This document shows positions 9,626 to 18,430 of a stretch of 64,000 bases of DNA, piece after piece. Position numbers and translations under genes: made by a program. The first letter of the stretch is position 1. Each line of letters opens with the position of its first letter. Source of the DNA: Alkalispirochaeta sp. GTDB lineage: Bacteria > Spirochaetota > Spirochaetia > DSM-27196 > Alkalispirochaetaceae. The DNA lies in assembly GCA_965242725.1 (NCBI GenBank), contig CBDESZ010000013.1, forward strand, positions 1 to 64,000, in the 5' to 3' direction. The notes beneath the pieces were generated by a model. That model saw only the letters and a program-made list of their open reading frames with translations, made no database searches and was not told the DNA's origin.

Positions 9626-11107
9626 TCAGAAACTGAACTCCAGTGAGAGGGTGACGGTGCCCCGGAGGTCGTACCCGTCACCGTCGACGGGACGAAAGGC
9701 GACACCCCGGTAACCGAGGCGCCAGAGAAAGGGCGACGGAGCGCGCAGAGCGACACCGGCGTCCCATTCCCACCGGTGGTCGAGGACACCTGAGAAACGT
9801 TCCCCGTCGGCGACCAGCCCGTTCTGTATGGTATACGTTCCCGCCGCGAGGTCGACGACAATGCGGTCGGCGATGCGCAGGAGATACTCTCCCCTCACAT
9901 TCAGCAGCTCTTCCCACGTTGCTTCCGCATCCAACGAGGCAGGTATCGTATACCTGAGAAGGAAGAGGGAATCCATCCGTCGCGGGTCGCGACCCGCCGG
10001 GATGTAGCGGGGATTGCGCATTCCATGCATGAGGATCAGATCATATCTGCGCCGGAAGGAGCCGTCGGAAGAGTCACGCAACCAGTCCCAGCCTCCGCCG
10101 ACTCCGTAAAAGCGGCGTCCGTCACCCCACGCCCCCACGACGTCCTGGGTGAGGCGCCTGTTTCGTACGCCCGTGGACGTCAAGGATGTGGCGTAGGCGG
10201 CGGTGGAGCGGAGATAATAATGCTCCCAGGGAATCTCAATCCGCGCGGTAGCCTCGGTATCGTCCGGGAGGGAGAGTCCCCCCATACCGATATCCGCAGG
10301 GAGCGTACCGCCGACGGCAAAACGGTCGCTGCTTTCATGGGCAAAGAGAGCGTTTCCGGAGCGTGCGGCAACGCGTGCAGGTGCCCCGGGTGCCGGCAGG
10401 GTTTCAACATTGGTAACGTAGCGTATCGCATCCTGAAGGAGCGGCACCGGGGGAATGTCATGGGCGCCGGAATACTCCTCATACATATGGTCAATTCCCG
10501 CATCCAGAAAAAGCCGTCGGGCAACGTTTATTCCCCGATATCGCAGGGGATCTTCCCTGTTTCCGATGAGGAAGGCGGCGCGAAATCCGCGGTGTGCCAG
10601 CGTCCGCAGGGCTTCGTCCTCTACGGGGTGGGACGTCCGTGATCCGGCAATCACCGCCCCGGCGAAAAGTTCGGGATTGCGGACCGCGAGGGCCCAACTC
10701 AAATCACCGCCGAGGGAATACCCCCCCAGGTAGAGGCGCTCCTCGTCGACGGCGTACTCCGACAGGACGCGATCGATATCGCTGAGGAGACGCTCCTCAT
10801 ACCAGTCGACAAAGGTCAGGAAGTCCGGCAGATATTCATCCCGTGTCGGCCTGCCTTCGGGCAATAGGAGAATGAAAGTCTCCTGTCTTCGGGGATCGAT
10901 TCCGTAGAGATGGGCGACCTGTGCCGCCCGCGCTCCGGTGGGGGGCAGAACCACAAAGAGGGGATAGTTCCTGCTGCGGTTGTACCGTTGGGGGAGTATG
11001 ACTTCGCCCTGCCGTTCAAAATAGGCGGGCCGTACGTCCTGGGACGACACGCCATGGAGGGCAACATACAGGAGCGACACACCAAGAAGGAATCCCCGAC
11101 GGTTCAT
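9626..11107 (-). CDS. Exported alpha/beta-hydrolase (esterase-like) with a C-terminal beta-rich domain
   Basis: Signal peptide, GYSLG nucleophile elbow, Asp in NREDP and His in SGAHD; ~240 aa C-terminal region ending in Phe. Confidence 0.7.
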   Translation of the reverse strand: MNRRGFLLGVSLLYVALHGVSSQDVRPAYFERQGEVILPQRYNRSRNYPLFVVLPPTGARAAQVAHLYGIDPRRQETFILLLPEGRPTRDEYLPDFLTFVDWYEERLLSDIDRVLSEYAVDEERLYLGGYSLGGDLSWALAVRNPELFAGAVIAGSRTSHPVEDEALRTLAHRGFRAAFLIGNREDPLRYRGINVARRLFLDAGIDHMYEEYSGAHDIPPVPLLQDAIRYVTNVETLPAPGAPARVAARSGNALFAHESSDRFAVGGTLPADIGMGGLSLPDDTEATARIEIPWEHYYLRSTAAYATSLTSTGVRNRRLTQDVVGAWGDGRRFYGVGGGWDWLRDSSDGSFRRRYDLILMHGMRNPRYIPAGRDPRRMDSLFLLRYTIPASLDAEATWEELLNVRGEYLLRIADRIVVDLAAGTYTIQNGLVADGERFSGVLDHRWEWDAGVALRAPSPFLWRLGYRGVAFRPVDGDGYDLRGTVTLSLEFSF

Positions 11108-11245
11108 TGATCAAGACCTTACAGGAGAACGGGTCCCCTGGAAAGACGCAGTCCCGTCTCGTTTGAATTCCCGCGCGTTCACCCCTATCTTGATAGTATG
11201 GTGTCAACGGGTTTTCCAGGACTCCACGAACCGTAAGGGGGATTC

Positions 11246-11857
11246 ATGATCGATCACAATGGGGCGTCACGGGAGGTAGACTTCGGATTTACCCGGGCGG
11301 ATGTCCCTGCAGGTACTCACGTCTGTCAGATATTTGAGGATGACGACGAAAGAACTTCTGCATTTATCGACTTTCTCCTAACCGGCATAGGGAATGGTGA
11401 ACTGTCCGCCGGCTTTTCCGATCACGTCACGGAACAGAACAGGGAGCTGCTCCACAACCATCCCGAGGCGTCCCGATTTCTCACCCTTCAGCGGACTTCG
11501 GATATATACTTTGACCGCGGTCGATTTGACCCCGACCGTATGCTTTCCTTTCTCACCGACTTCCACCGGCGCGCGACGGCGGAGAATGCGGCGGGCGCAC
11601 GTATTATTGGAGAGATGGCACCGGAAATATCAACAATGGAGGGAGCGGACCGCCTCCTTGAGTATGAAGCACGGGTCAACCTCCTCGTCCGGGAACGACC
11701 GATGGCGGTGATGTGTCAGTATCACGCCCACTCCTTCAACGGAGCCACCCTCATGGACGTACTGAAAGCGCACGCCCTCATGGTTGTCCGGGGCGCCGTC
11801 GTCAGAAACCCCTTTTACCTGCCCCCTGAATCGATCCTTCAATCTCTCAATCGTTAG
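11246..11857 (+). CDS. Stand-alone MEDS (DcmR-type sensory) domain protein
   Basis: GTHVCQIF, RIIGEM, LLEYEARVN, MCQY, DVLKAH and NPFYLPP motifs. Confidence 0.85.
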   Translation: MIDHNGASREVDFGFTRADVPAGTHVCQIFEDDDERTSAFIDFLLTGIGNGELSAGFSDHVTEQNRELLHNHPEASRFLTLQRTSDIYFDRGRFDPDRMLSFLTDFHRRATAENAAGARIIGEMAPEISTMEGADRLLEYEARVNLLVRERPMAVMCQYHAHSFNGATLMDVLKAHALMVVRGAVVRNPFYLPPESILQSLNR

Positions 11858-11863
11858 CGTTCC

Positions 11864-13303
11864 ATGAGTGAAGACGATCTCCACGTACAAGCGTTGTCCC
11901 GTATTCTCCTGATTCAGAACATGATCTTCGGCCTTCCCGATCTTGAGACGATGCTCGGTTTTTCCGCCCGGGGGCTTGAGGAGTTGCCCGGTTTTGACCG
12001 CGTGTCCTACCGGCTGGGAGACAATGGGCCGGATACGGATTCCACGGAACGTGGAACGAGGCGGATACCGGTAAAGATCGGCTCAAGGACGTACGGGTGG
12101 ATCCTCTGCACCGTATCGGAAGACGGGGCGTTCCTGCGATACCACGACTACATCCGCAATGTGTGCTTCATGATCGCGGCGAGGGTCGACGAAATGAGCC
12201 GCACCCTTGAGATGACCCGCTATCGGGATCGCCTTGAGCAGGAGGTAGCCGCACAGACCGCGGCACTGCAGGAGGCGACAAGACGGGCGGAAACGGAACG
12301 GGAACGGGCGGAACTCTATCTCGCCACCGCGGGAACGCTCGTGATCGAACTGGATCTTGCCGGCAGTGTCGAGCGTATCAACGATCACGCTGCAGCCCTC
12401 CTCGGGTTCCGTCCCGCCGAAGCGGTCGGTATGGACTGGATCGAGATGACGTCGCCCCCGGAGGAAAAAGACGGGCGTCGCCGCGCCTTTCACCGCATCA
12501 TCAGCGCTGCGGAAGATACCGAGAGTCGCGGTGATTACCTCATCCTCGACCGGGACGGTCACCGCCATACGATCCAGCTTCACACGATCCTGCGGTACCA
12601 TCAGGACGGGACGGTGGCGGGGACCCTCAGCTCGGGAATCGATATCACCGAACGGAAGCGTGCGGAACAGGAAAAGGATGTCCTCCTCAAGGAAGTGTAC
12701 CATCGCACAAAGAACAACATGCACGTGATAAGCGGGATGCTTGCCCTTCAGGCGCTGGACATCGACGAGCCGGCCGCCCATCGGCTCCTTCGGGACGCCC
12801 AGAGACGAATATTCTCCCTTGCCCTTGTCCACAACATGCTCTACACCTCGGACAACCTGGTCCAGATTTCTCTTATCGCGTATGTCCGCCGCCTTTCCGC
12901 TTCCGTCGCGGACGAGCACGCCGCCACGTCGGGTAAACGCCCGACACTCGCCGTTTCCGGCGATGATTTTCAGATCGAACTGGACACAGCCGTCCCATGC
13001 GGACTGGTAGTGAACGAGCTCCTCGCCGAGAGTCTCATTTACCGCCGGAATGAACGGCAGACAGACGGGGAACACCCGCATATATCCATCCAGATCCATC
13101 GCCGAAATGATGACATTGTGATTCGTTACGGCGATAATGGAAGAGGGTTGGCGGACAGCCTGAAAGAAAACAGTATGTCCAAACTTGGTTCTCGTATCGT
13201 TCATGCGATCATTGCTGATCAGCTGGGCGGTACCATACACGTGATCGGTGAAGGTCAACCCGTTATTGAGATCACATTTCCGGAGGGAGCCCGTGGATCG
13301 TGA
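11864..13303 (+). CDS. PAS-domain sensor histidine kinase, HisKA_2 family
   Basis: PAS/PAC ending DITERKRAE, H-box EVYHRTKNNM, DNGRG G1 box; cytoplasmic. Confidence 0.88.
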   Translation: MSEDDLHVQALSRILLIQNMIFGLPDLETMLGFSARGLEELPGFDRVSYRLGDNGPDTDSTERGTRRIPVKIGSRTYGWILCTVSEDGAFLRYHDYIRNVCFMIAARVDEMSRTLEMTRYRDRLEQEVAAQTAALQEATRRAETERERAELYLATAGTLVIELDLAGSVERINDHAAALLGFRPAEAVGMDWIEMTSPPEEKDGRRRAFHRIISAAEDTESRGDYLILDRDGHRHTIQLHTILRYHQDGTVAGTLSSGIDITERKRAEQEKDVLLKEVYHRTKNNMHVISGMLALQALDIDEPAAHRLLRDAQRRIFSLALVHNMLYTSDNLVQISLIAYVRRLSASVADEHAATSGKRPTLAVSGDDFQIELDTAVPCGLVVNELLAESLIYRRNERQTDGEHPHISIQIHRRNDDIVIRYGDNGRGLADSLKENSMSKLGSRIVHAIIADQLGGTIHVIGEGQPVIEITFPEGARGS

Positions 13304-13646
13304 CCGGACAATTATCATCCTCGACGATGAAATCATCGCCGCCATGGGACTGCAATTGGAGCTCTCCAAGGCCGGCTATGAACGGGTGTACATCGCCACC
13401 AACTACAACCGGGCGATGGAGCTGTGCGAATCGATTCAACCCGCTATTGCGATTGTGGACATCAACCTTCAGGAGGAAAAAACGGGCCTTGATTTTGTCC
13501 GCGACGCCAAAGGAATTTCAAAAGTCATAATTCTGACGGGGTACGGAAAACAGCTCTACCAGCAGGAGCTTGCGTCAATACACTACGACCACTACATCGA
13601 GAAACCGGCGGGACCACAGACGGTCATTCGGTCAATCACAACGTAA
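13293..13646 (+). CDS. Single-domain response regulator (receiver)
   Basis: ILDDE acidic pair, VDINL phosphoacceptor, LTG and EKP motifs; GTG start overlaps the kinase end. Confidence 0.88.
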   Translation: MDRDRTIIILDDEIIAAMGLQLELSKAGYERVYIATNYNRAMELCESIQPAIAIVDINLQEEKTGLDFVRDAKGISKVIILTGYGKQLYQQELASIHYDHYIEKPAGPQTVIRSITT

Positions 13647-13650
13647 ACAG

Positions 13651-14493
13651 ATGGAACATCATGAACCGCGGCTCTACCACATAATAGATCTCTCGCTTCC
13701 CGCCAACGGGTGGATTCGGACACAACAGGGTATGTTCCCCAGGTCCCATTCCCGCCGGCCGGCGGCAGATACGGAACGCATAGTCGTATCCCCGGAGCCC
13801 GATGGGTTTATTCACTGTTCCTTTCACCGGCAGGTCTGGCCGACGATTCAGCGTTTCTTTGCAGAAGCTGACGGGACAATTCCGGACCAGCTCATGGTAC
13901 TGCAAATAGATCCGTACCGTACCGGCGCCGTGGTACGGACAGAGCCCGGAACGGGAGGTGAGACCGACGAAAGCGGGCGTCCCGAGCTCTTTCCTCATCT
14001 TTACGGATCCATACCCTTCTCATCGGTTACCGCCGTTCTTTCACCTAATGCATTCAGACCCTACGCCATAGCCGTCGGGGACTACACAATTACGGAAGAA
14101 CGCCACGCCCTCTCCGTCGATACGGCGGCGAGGTACCTCTCTGAAGAATCGTACTGGGCAAAAGGCAGGAGCAGACAGACCGTCGCACTGTCAGTGGAAA
14201 ACTCCTGGGTTCTCACCGTGGTGGCACCTGACGGTGCGATGGCGGGAATGGCGCGGGTCATTACCGACTGGGCGACGATGTACTATATCTCCGATCTCTT
14301 TATCCTGCCGCCACACCGCGGTCGGGGACTGGGTAAGGCTCTCGTCCAGGCAATCGTGGAACATCCGCAGTTGAAGAAACTGAAGGGAATACTCCGGACC
14401 GCCGATGCCTGCTCCCTCTATGAGCAATTCGGCTTTCAACGGGACGGCGCGGACTCAAAGGGAATGAAGCGGGACGGCGTGACGTCGGCGTAA
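13651..14493 (+). CDS. DUF952 domain fused to a GNAT acetyltransferase
   Basis: N-half LYHII, GFIHCS, FPHLYG (DUF952); C-half SYWA, ARVITD, HRGRGLGK, LYEQFGF (GNAT). Confidence 0.8.
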   Translation: MEHHEPRLYHIIDLSLPANGWIRTQQGMFPRSHSRRPAADTERIVVSPEPDGFIHCSFHRQVWPTIQRFFAEADGTIPDQLMVLQIDPYRTGAVVRTEPGTGGETDESGRPELFPHLYGSIPFSSVTAVLSPNAFRPYAIAVGDYTITEERHALSVDTAARYLSEESYWAKGRSRQTVALSVENSWVLTVVAPDGAMAGMARVITDWATMYYISDLFILPPHRGRGLGKALVQAIVEHPQLKKLKGILRTADACSLYEQFGFQRDGADSKGMKRDGVTSA

Positions 14494-14502
14494 CGCCTTC
14501 GC

Positions 14503-14772
14503 TCATTCATCATCGCTGAAATTGAGGGCGAATATTTCCTTCATCTTCGCAAACGCCTCTTCCTCATCGTCTCCTTCAATGACCACCTCTATCGAGCGGC
14601 CGTACTCAGCCCCCATGGAAAGCACATCCATGATATTGTCGGCGGCGAACGTCTCCCCTCCGTAGACAAACCGGACGGTGGAATCGACGCTTTGAGCGGT
14701 CTTTACAATGAGGGACGACGGCCGGGCGTGGATACCCTTGGGGTTGGTGACGACAAGTTCTTCCCGAATCAT
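14503..14772 (-). CDS. HPr-family phosphocarrier protein
   Basis: NPKGIHARPS His15 motif, 89 aa, GDDEEEA. Confidence 0.88.
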   Translation of the reverse strand: MIREELVVTNPKGIHARPSSLIVKTAQSVDSTVRFVYGGETFAADNIMDVLSMGAEYGRSIEVVIEGDDEEEAFAKMKEIFALNFSDDE

Positions 14773-14921
14773 CCTTCCCGGAGTATACCCCGCCCCCACC
14801 TCGGTCTGTCGACTGGTAACGTTCGAAAAGCTGTAGTATCATGTGTCTGATTGAGGACGGAATCGAATCCCGCCCTATGTGCACTTCCAGACACGTATAT
14901 TTTTCTCGGAGAGGTAGGCAT

Positions 14922-15389
14922 ATGTTCACCCGAGGGGCAGACAAAATTAAAAGAAAAAGATTCACCGCGGAAGACTTTTCCGCCGTCAGATCGGAGTGCA
15001 TCGCCTCCAATATCGGCCGGGCTAATCGCATCGTGGGCCGCATATATGAAGATGCCTTTCGGGACGTCGGGGTTTCATCGCCGCAGTTTGCGCTCCTCGT
15101 ATCTCTGGCGATATCTCCGGGAAGCACCGCGGGCGACCTTGCGGATGCTCTCGGGTCCGATCCAAGCACCGTTTCCCGCAACACGGAGCTGCTCATAAAG
15201 CGCGGCCTGATCCGGGTTGAGCCGGGAGCGGACCGCCGTGTTCGCACCCACTATCTGACTGTAGAGGGTGACGAGACGGTGCAGTCCTGCGTACCCCGCT
15301 GGCGGGCGGCGCAACGCACCGCCCTGCGGCAGATCGGGCGCTCCTACTGGGAGGAAATTCGCAAGCGCCTGCGGAACCTACATACGTAA
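14922..15389 (+). CDS. MarR family transcriptional regulator
   Basis: Winged HTH (DLADALGSDPSTVSRN) and DRR wing motif; GAGG RBS. Confidence 0.85.
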   Translation: MFTRGADKIKRKRFTAEDFSAVRSECIASNIGRANRIVGRIYEDAFRDVGVSSPQFALLVSLAISPGSTAGDLADALGSDPSTVSRNTELLIKRGLIRVEPGADRRVRTHYLTVEGDETVQSCVPRWRAAQRTALRQIGRSYWEEIRKRLRNLHT

Positions 15390-15399
15390 AGGACCGTCT

Positions 15400-16836
15400 A
15401 TGGCAGGGACGCAACACGATTCTATATACAACCCCATTACCCCCGCAATCGTGACGGAACTTACCGAAATCGTCGGATCCCGGTATGTCCACATCGACAA
15501 GGAGACGCTGGAACGGTACAGCCATGACGAAATCCCCGATCCCCTGTACGCCCACCTTCCGGAAGTTGTCATAGCGCCCCGGACGGCGGAAGAGATCGCG
15601 GCAATCATGCGTCTCGCAAACAGGGAACGCATACCGGTAACCCCCCGCGGAGCGGGAAGCGGCCTTTCCGGTGGCGCAGTTCCCCTCCATGGCGGAATCG
15701 TCCTGTTGGCGGACCGACAGAACGAGATTCTTGAAATTGATCTGGAAAACATGATGGTCCTTGTCGAACCGGGCGTCATCACCGCGGAAATCAATGAGCG
15801 CCTGGCGGATACGGGCCTCTTTTACGCAGGTTACCCCATGAGTCTCGAGACGTGCTCCGTCGGGGGAAACGTCGCGGAAAACGCGGGCGGCGGCAAGGCG
15901 GTCAAGTACGGCGTCACCGGTCGCTATGTCCTGGGACTTGAAGTCGTCACCCCGACCGGCGAGATCGTTCAGTTCGGAGGTAAGCTCATAAAGGACGTCA
16001 CCGGCTACAACATGGTGCAGCTCATGGTGGGCAGTGAAGGAACCCTCGGGATCTTTACAAAAATATGGCTTCGCCTGACTCCCCAACCGAGGGAATCGGT
16101 GGACCTCCTCTGCTTTTTTCGGTCCGTCCGGGAGGCGATAGAGATCGTCCCGCTGGTGATGGCCCACACAGGCATCGTCCCCACCGCACTGGAGTTCATT
16201 GACGGAGAGAGCTATCGCCGCAGCTGTGACTACCTGAAGGAAACCCTGACCGTTCCCGACGCCGGGGCGGCGCTTATCATAACGGTGGACGGATCGGACG
16301 TTGGAGAAGTGCACCGGCAGTACGAGGCAATCGGCACATTATGTGAAGAACGGCGGGCCATGGAAATATTTGTCGCAGACAACGCCGTCAACAGTGAACG
16401 GGTCTGGAAAATACGCCGCAGCATCGCCGAGGCGTATGCCCAGATATCTCCCCATCAGACAAATGAAGATCTCGTTGTACCACCCGCGGCGATACCGGAA
16501 CTTATCGAAGGTATGAACCACATCGCCGGGAAGTACGGCGTCTTTGTCCCCGCCTACGGTCACGCCGGCGACGGAAACATTCACACCCGGATCGTCAAGA
16601 ACCCGCAGTGGTCAATGGAACGTTGGGATGAGGAACGTCCGCGTATTCTCGCCGACCTGTACGATCTCACCGCCCGCCTCGGCGGTCGTCTGAGCGGAGA
16701 ACACGGCATCGGTCACAAGAGAAAGGCCCATATGGAACGCTTCGTCTCTCCCGAGTACCTCAACGTCATACGGTCGGTCAAGCGCGCCCTCGACCCCAAC
16801 CTCGTCCTCAACCCGGGTAAAATATTCGACGTGTAA
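15400..16836 (+). CDS. FAD-linked oxidoreductase, GlcD/D-lactate dehydrogenase-like
   Basis: PRGAGSGLSGG, ENAGG, GSEGTLG, GHAGDGNIH, SGEHGIG and LNPGKIF. Confidence 0.9.
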   Translation: MAGTQHDSIYNPITPAIVTELTEIVGSRYVHIDKETLERYSHDEIPDPLYAHLPEVVIAPRTAEEIAAIMRLANRERIPVTPRGAGSGLSGGAVPLHGGIVLLADRQNEILEIDLENMMVLVEPGVITAEINERLADTGLFYAGYPMSLETCSVGGNVAENAGGGKAVKYGVTGRYVLGLEVVTPTGEIVQFGGKLIKDVTGYNMVQLMVGSEGTLGIFTKIWLRLTPQPRESVDLLCFFRSVREAIEIVPLVMAHTGIVPTALEFIDGESYRRSCDYLKETLTVPDAGAALIITVDGSDVGEVHRQYEAIGTLCEERRAMEIFVADNAVNSERVWKIRRSIAEAYAQISPHQTNEDLVVPPAAIPELIEGMNHIAGKYGVFVPAYGHAGDGNIHTRIVKNPQWSMERWDEERPRILADLYDLTARLGGRLSGEHGIGHKRKAHMERFVSPEYLNVIRSVKRALDPNLVLNPGKIFDV

Positions 16837-16863
16837 ACGCCCGCCGCGGGCGGGCGACGGATC

Positions 16864-17781
16864 CTAGGCTGCCCCGTTGAGCTCCGCGATCACACGATAG
16901 AGGGCGTGGGTGCCGAGGTTTTCCCACCCATGGGCCGTCGCGGCGATGTAAAACTGCTGAGCCAGGGCGAGTCCCGGAAGGGAGAGATTCATCCGCCGCG
17001 CCTCCGCGAGGGCGATGCCCATGTCCTTGATAAAATGACGAATCATGAAACCGGGATCAAAATTGCCGTCGGCGATGCGCCGGCCCAGATTGTTTATCGA
17101 CCAGGAAGAGGCGGCGCCCCTGCCGATGACATCGATGACGCCGTTCTGATCCAACCCCGCCCGTTCCGCGTAGAGGAGGGACTCCACAACGCCGATCATC
17201 GTGGAGGCGATGAGAATCTGATTGGCCATCTTTGTGTGCTGCCCCGCCCCGGCAGGTCCCATGTGGCGTACATTGTTTCCCATGAGATCCAGCATGGGAC
17301 GCACCGCCTTGACCGCCGCGGCCTCTCCTCCGATCATGATCGCAAGCTCGCCGTTCCGTGCGCCGGTATCTCCCCCCGAGACGGGCGCATCCAGGGCAAG
17401 GACGCCGTGCAGCGACGCCTCCTCCGCGATTTCCTGCGCGAGGGTGGGCTCAGATGTCGTCATGTCGACGACGACCCGCGGCGCCCCGGTACCGCTCTCC
17501 GCGGGAGACGAGTCGATTCCGGCAAAGATGCCGGTGGAACCAAAGTAGGTCTCCCGGACATCCTCGGGGTATCCGACAATTGTAAAAATGTGGGTACTCG
17601 ATTGCGCCACTTCCCGCGGCGATTCGTGCCACACGGCGCCGTCCTTCAGGAGGGGCTCCGCCTTTTCGGCAGTTCGATTAAAAACATGGAGTTCATATCC
17701 CGCTTGTACAAGGTGTCCCGCCATGGACAGGCCCATGATGCCCGTTCCAATCCAGCCGATCTTTGGTTTATCTTGTGTCAT
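16864..17781 (-). CDS. NAD(P)-dependent beta-hydroxyacid dehydrogenase (3-hydroxyisobutyrate/tartronate semialdehyde reductase family)
   Basis: WIGTGIMG, LDAPVSGG, GQHTKMANQ, FIKDM. Confidence 0.9.
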   Translation of the reverse strand: MTQDKPKIGWIGTGIMGLSMAGHLVQAGYELHVFNRTAEKAEPLLKDGAVWHESPREVAQSSTHIFTIVGYPEDVRETYFGSTGIFAGIDSSPAESGTGAPRVVVDMTTSEPTLAQEIAEEASLHGVLALDAPVSGGDTGARNGELAIMIGGEAAAVKAVRPMLDLMGNNVRHMGPAGAGQHTKMANQILIASTMIGVVESLLYAERAGLDQNGVIDVIGRGAASSWSINNLGRRIADGNFDPGFMIRHFIKDMGIALAEARRMNLSLPGLALAQQFYIAATAHGWENLGTHALYRVIAELNGAA

Positions 17782-17852
17782 GTGCCCATGATAGTAGACC
17801 GTGTTCGATTTGGCCACGTGTCTGCGGAATCAAATCAGGCGGAGGAGGAACC

Positions 17853-18161
17853 ATGGTCGTCAGAATAATCACCGTTCATATAAAAGCCGGCACCGAGAAA
17901 GAGTTTGAAGCCATGACGCGGGAGAACCATCTCGGATCCCTTCAGGAGCCCGGCGTCCTGCGCTTTGACGTCCTCAGGGACGACGAACGGCCGCAGACGT
18001 ACTACCTCTATGAAGTTTACCGCGACGAGGCGGCGACAAAGGCGCACAAGGAGACGTCCCATTACCACGCGTGGAGGGAGGGCGTCGCCGACATTCTTGA
18101 AGGTGAACGTACCTCGGTGACGTGCACGCCCGTCGCGCCCACCGAAACGGGGTCATGGTAG
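17853..18161 (+). CDS. ABM (antibiotic biosynthesis monooxygenase) domain protein, LsrG-like
   Basis: EPGVLRFDV, LYEVY, AHKETSHY; GGAGG RBS. Confidence 0.85.
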   Translation: MVVRIITVHIKAGTEKEFEAMTRENHLGSLQEPGVLRFDVLRDDERPQTYYLYEVYRDEAATKAHKETSHYHAWREGVADILEGERTSVTCTPVAPTETGSW

Positions 18162-18168
18162 CGGACTA

Positions 18169-18197
18169 TTGACACGATATCGTCTTTTCGATACGAT
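18169..18197 (+). promoter_or_regulatory. Sigma70-type promoter with no downstream plus-strand gene
   Basis: TTGACA (18169-74), 17 nt spacer, TACGAT (18192-97). Confidence 0.7.
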
Positions 18198-18203
18198 TTT
18201 CGT

Positions 18204-18368
18204 CGAAAACACCAGACACAGTTCGTTTTCCGTAATCCGAGGGGTTTAATTGCGACCGTCGCAGACCGCATACCTCCTTTGTAAAATATATTATTCCCCC
18301 ATTACGTAGAATGCTCCGACTCCTCACGGGGCATTTTGAGGGCGCTTCGGCGCCCTTTTTTTATTTTT
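18204..18368 (+). ncRNA. Candidate ~165 nt small RNA
   Basis: Bounded by the promoter above and a strong terminator, between convergent genes; carries hairpins and C/U-rich anti-SD motifs. Confidence 0.55.
18339..18368 (+). terminator. Rho-independent terminator
   Basis: AGGGCGC-TTCG-GCGCCCT (C(UUCG)G tetraloop) followed by a T run. Confidence 0.9.
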
Positions 18369-18430
18369 CATTTTCAGATTGAACGCCGGCGTCACCGGAG
18401 CGGTATCGGCAGCGCCTCGCCGGTCCCCGC

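Noticed and set aside
12083..13369. 428-aa minus-strand ORF
   Set aside because: Antisense shadow of the histidine kinase; no recognisable motifs.
18062..18271. 69-aa minus-strand ORF as a type I toxin antisense to the candidate sRNA
   Set aside because: The ATG abuts the SD with no spacer, the product is not hydrophobic, and it overlaps the ABM gene.
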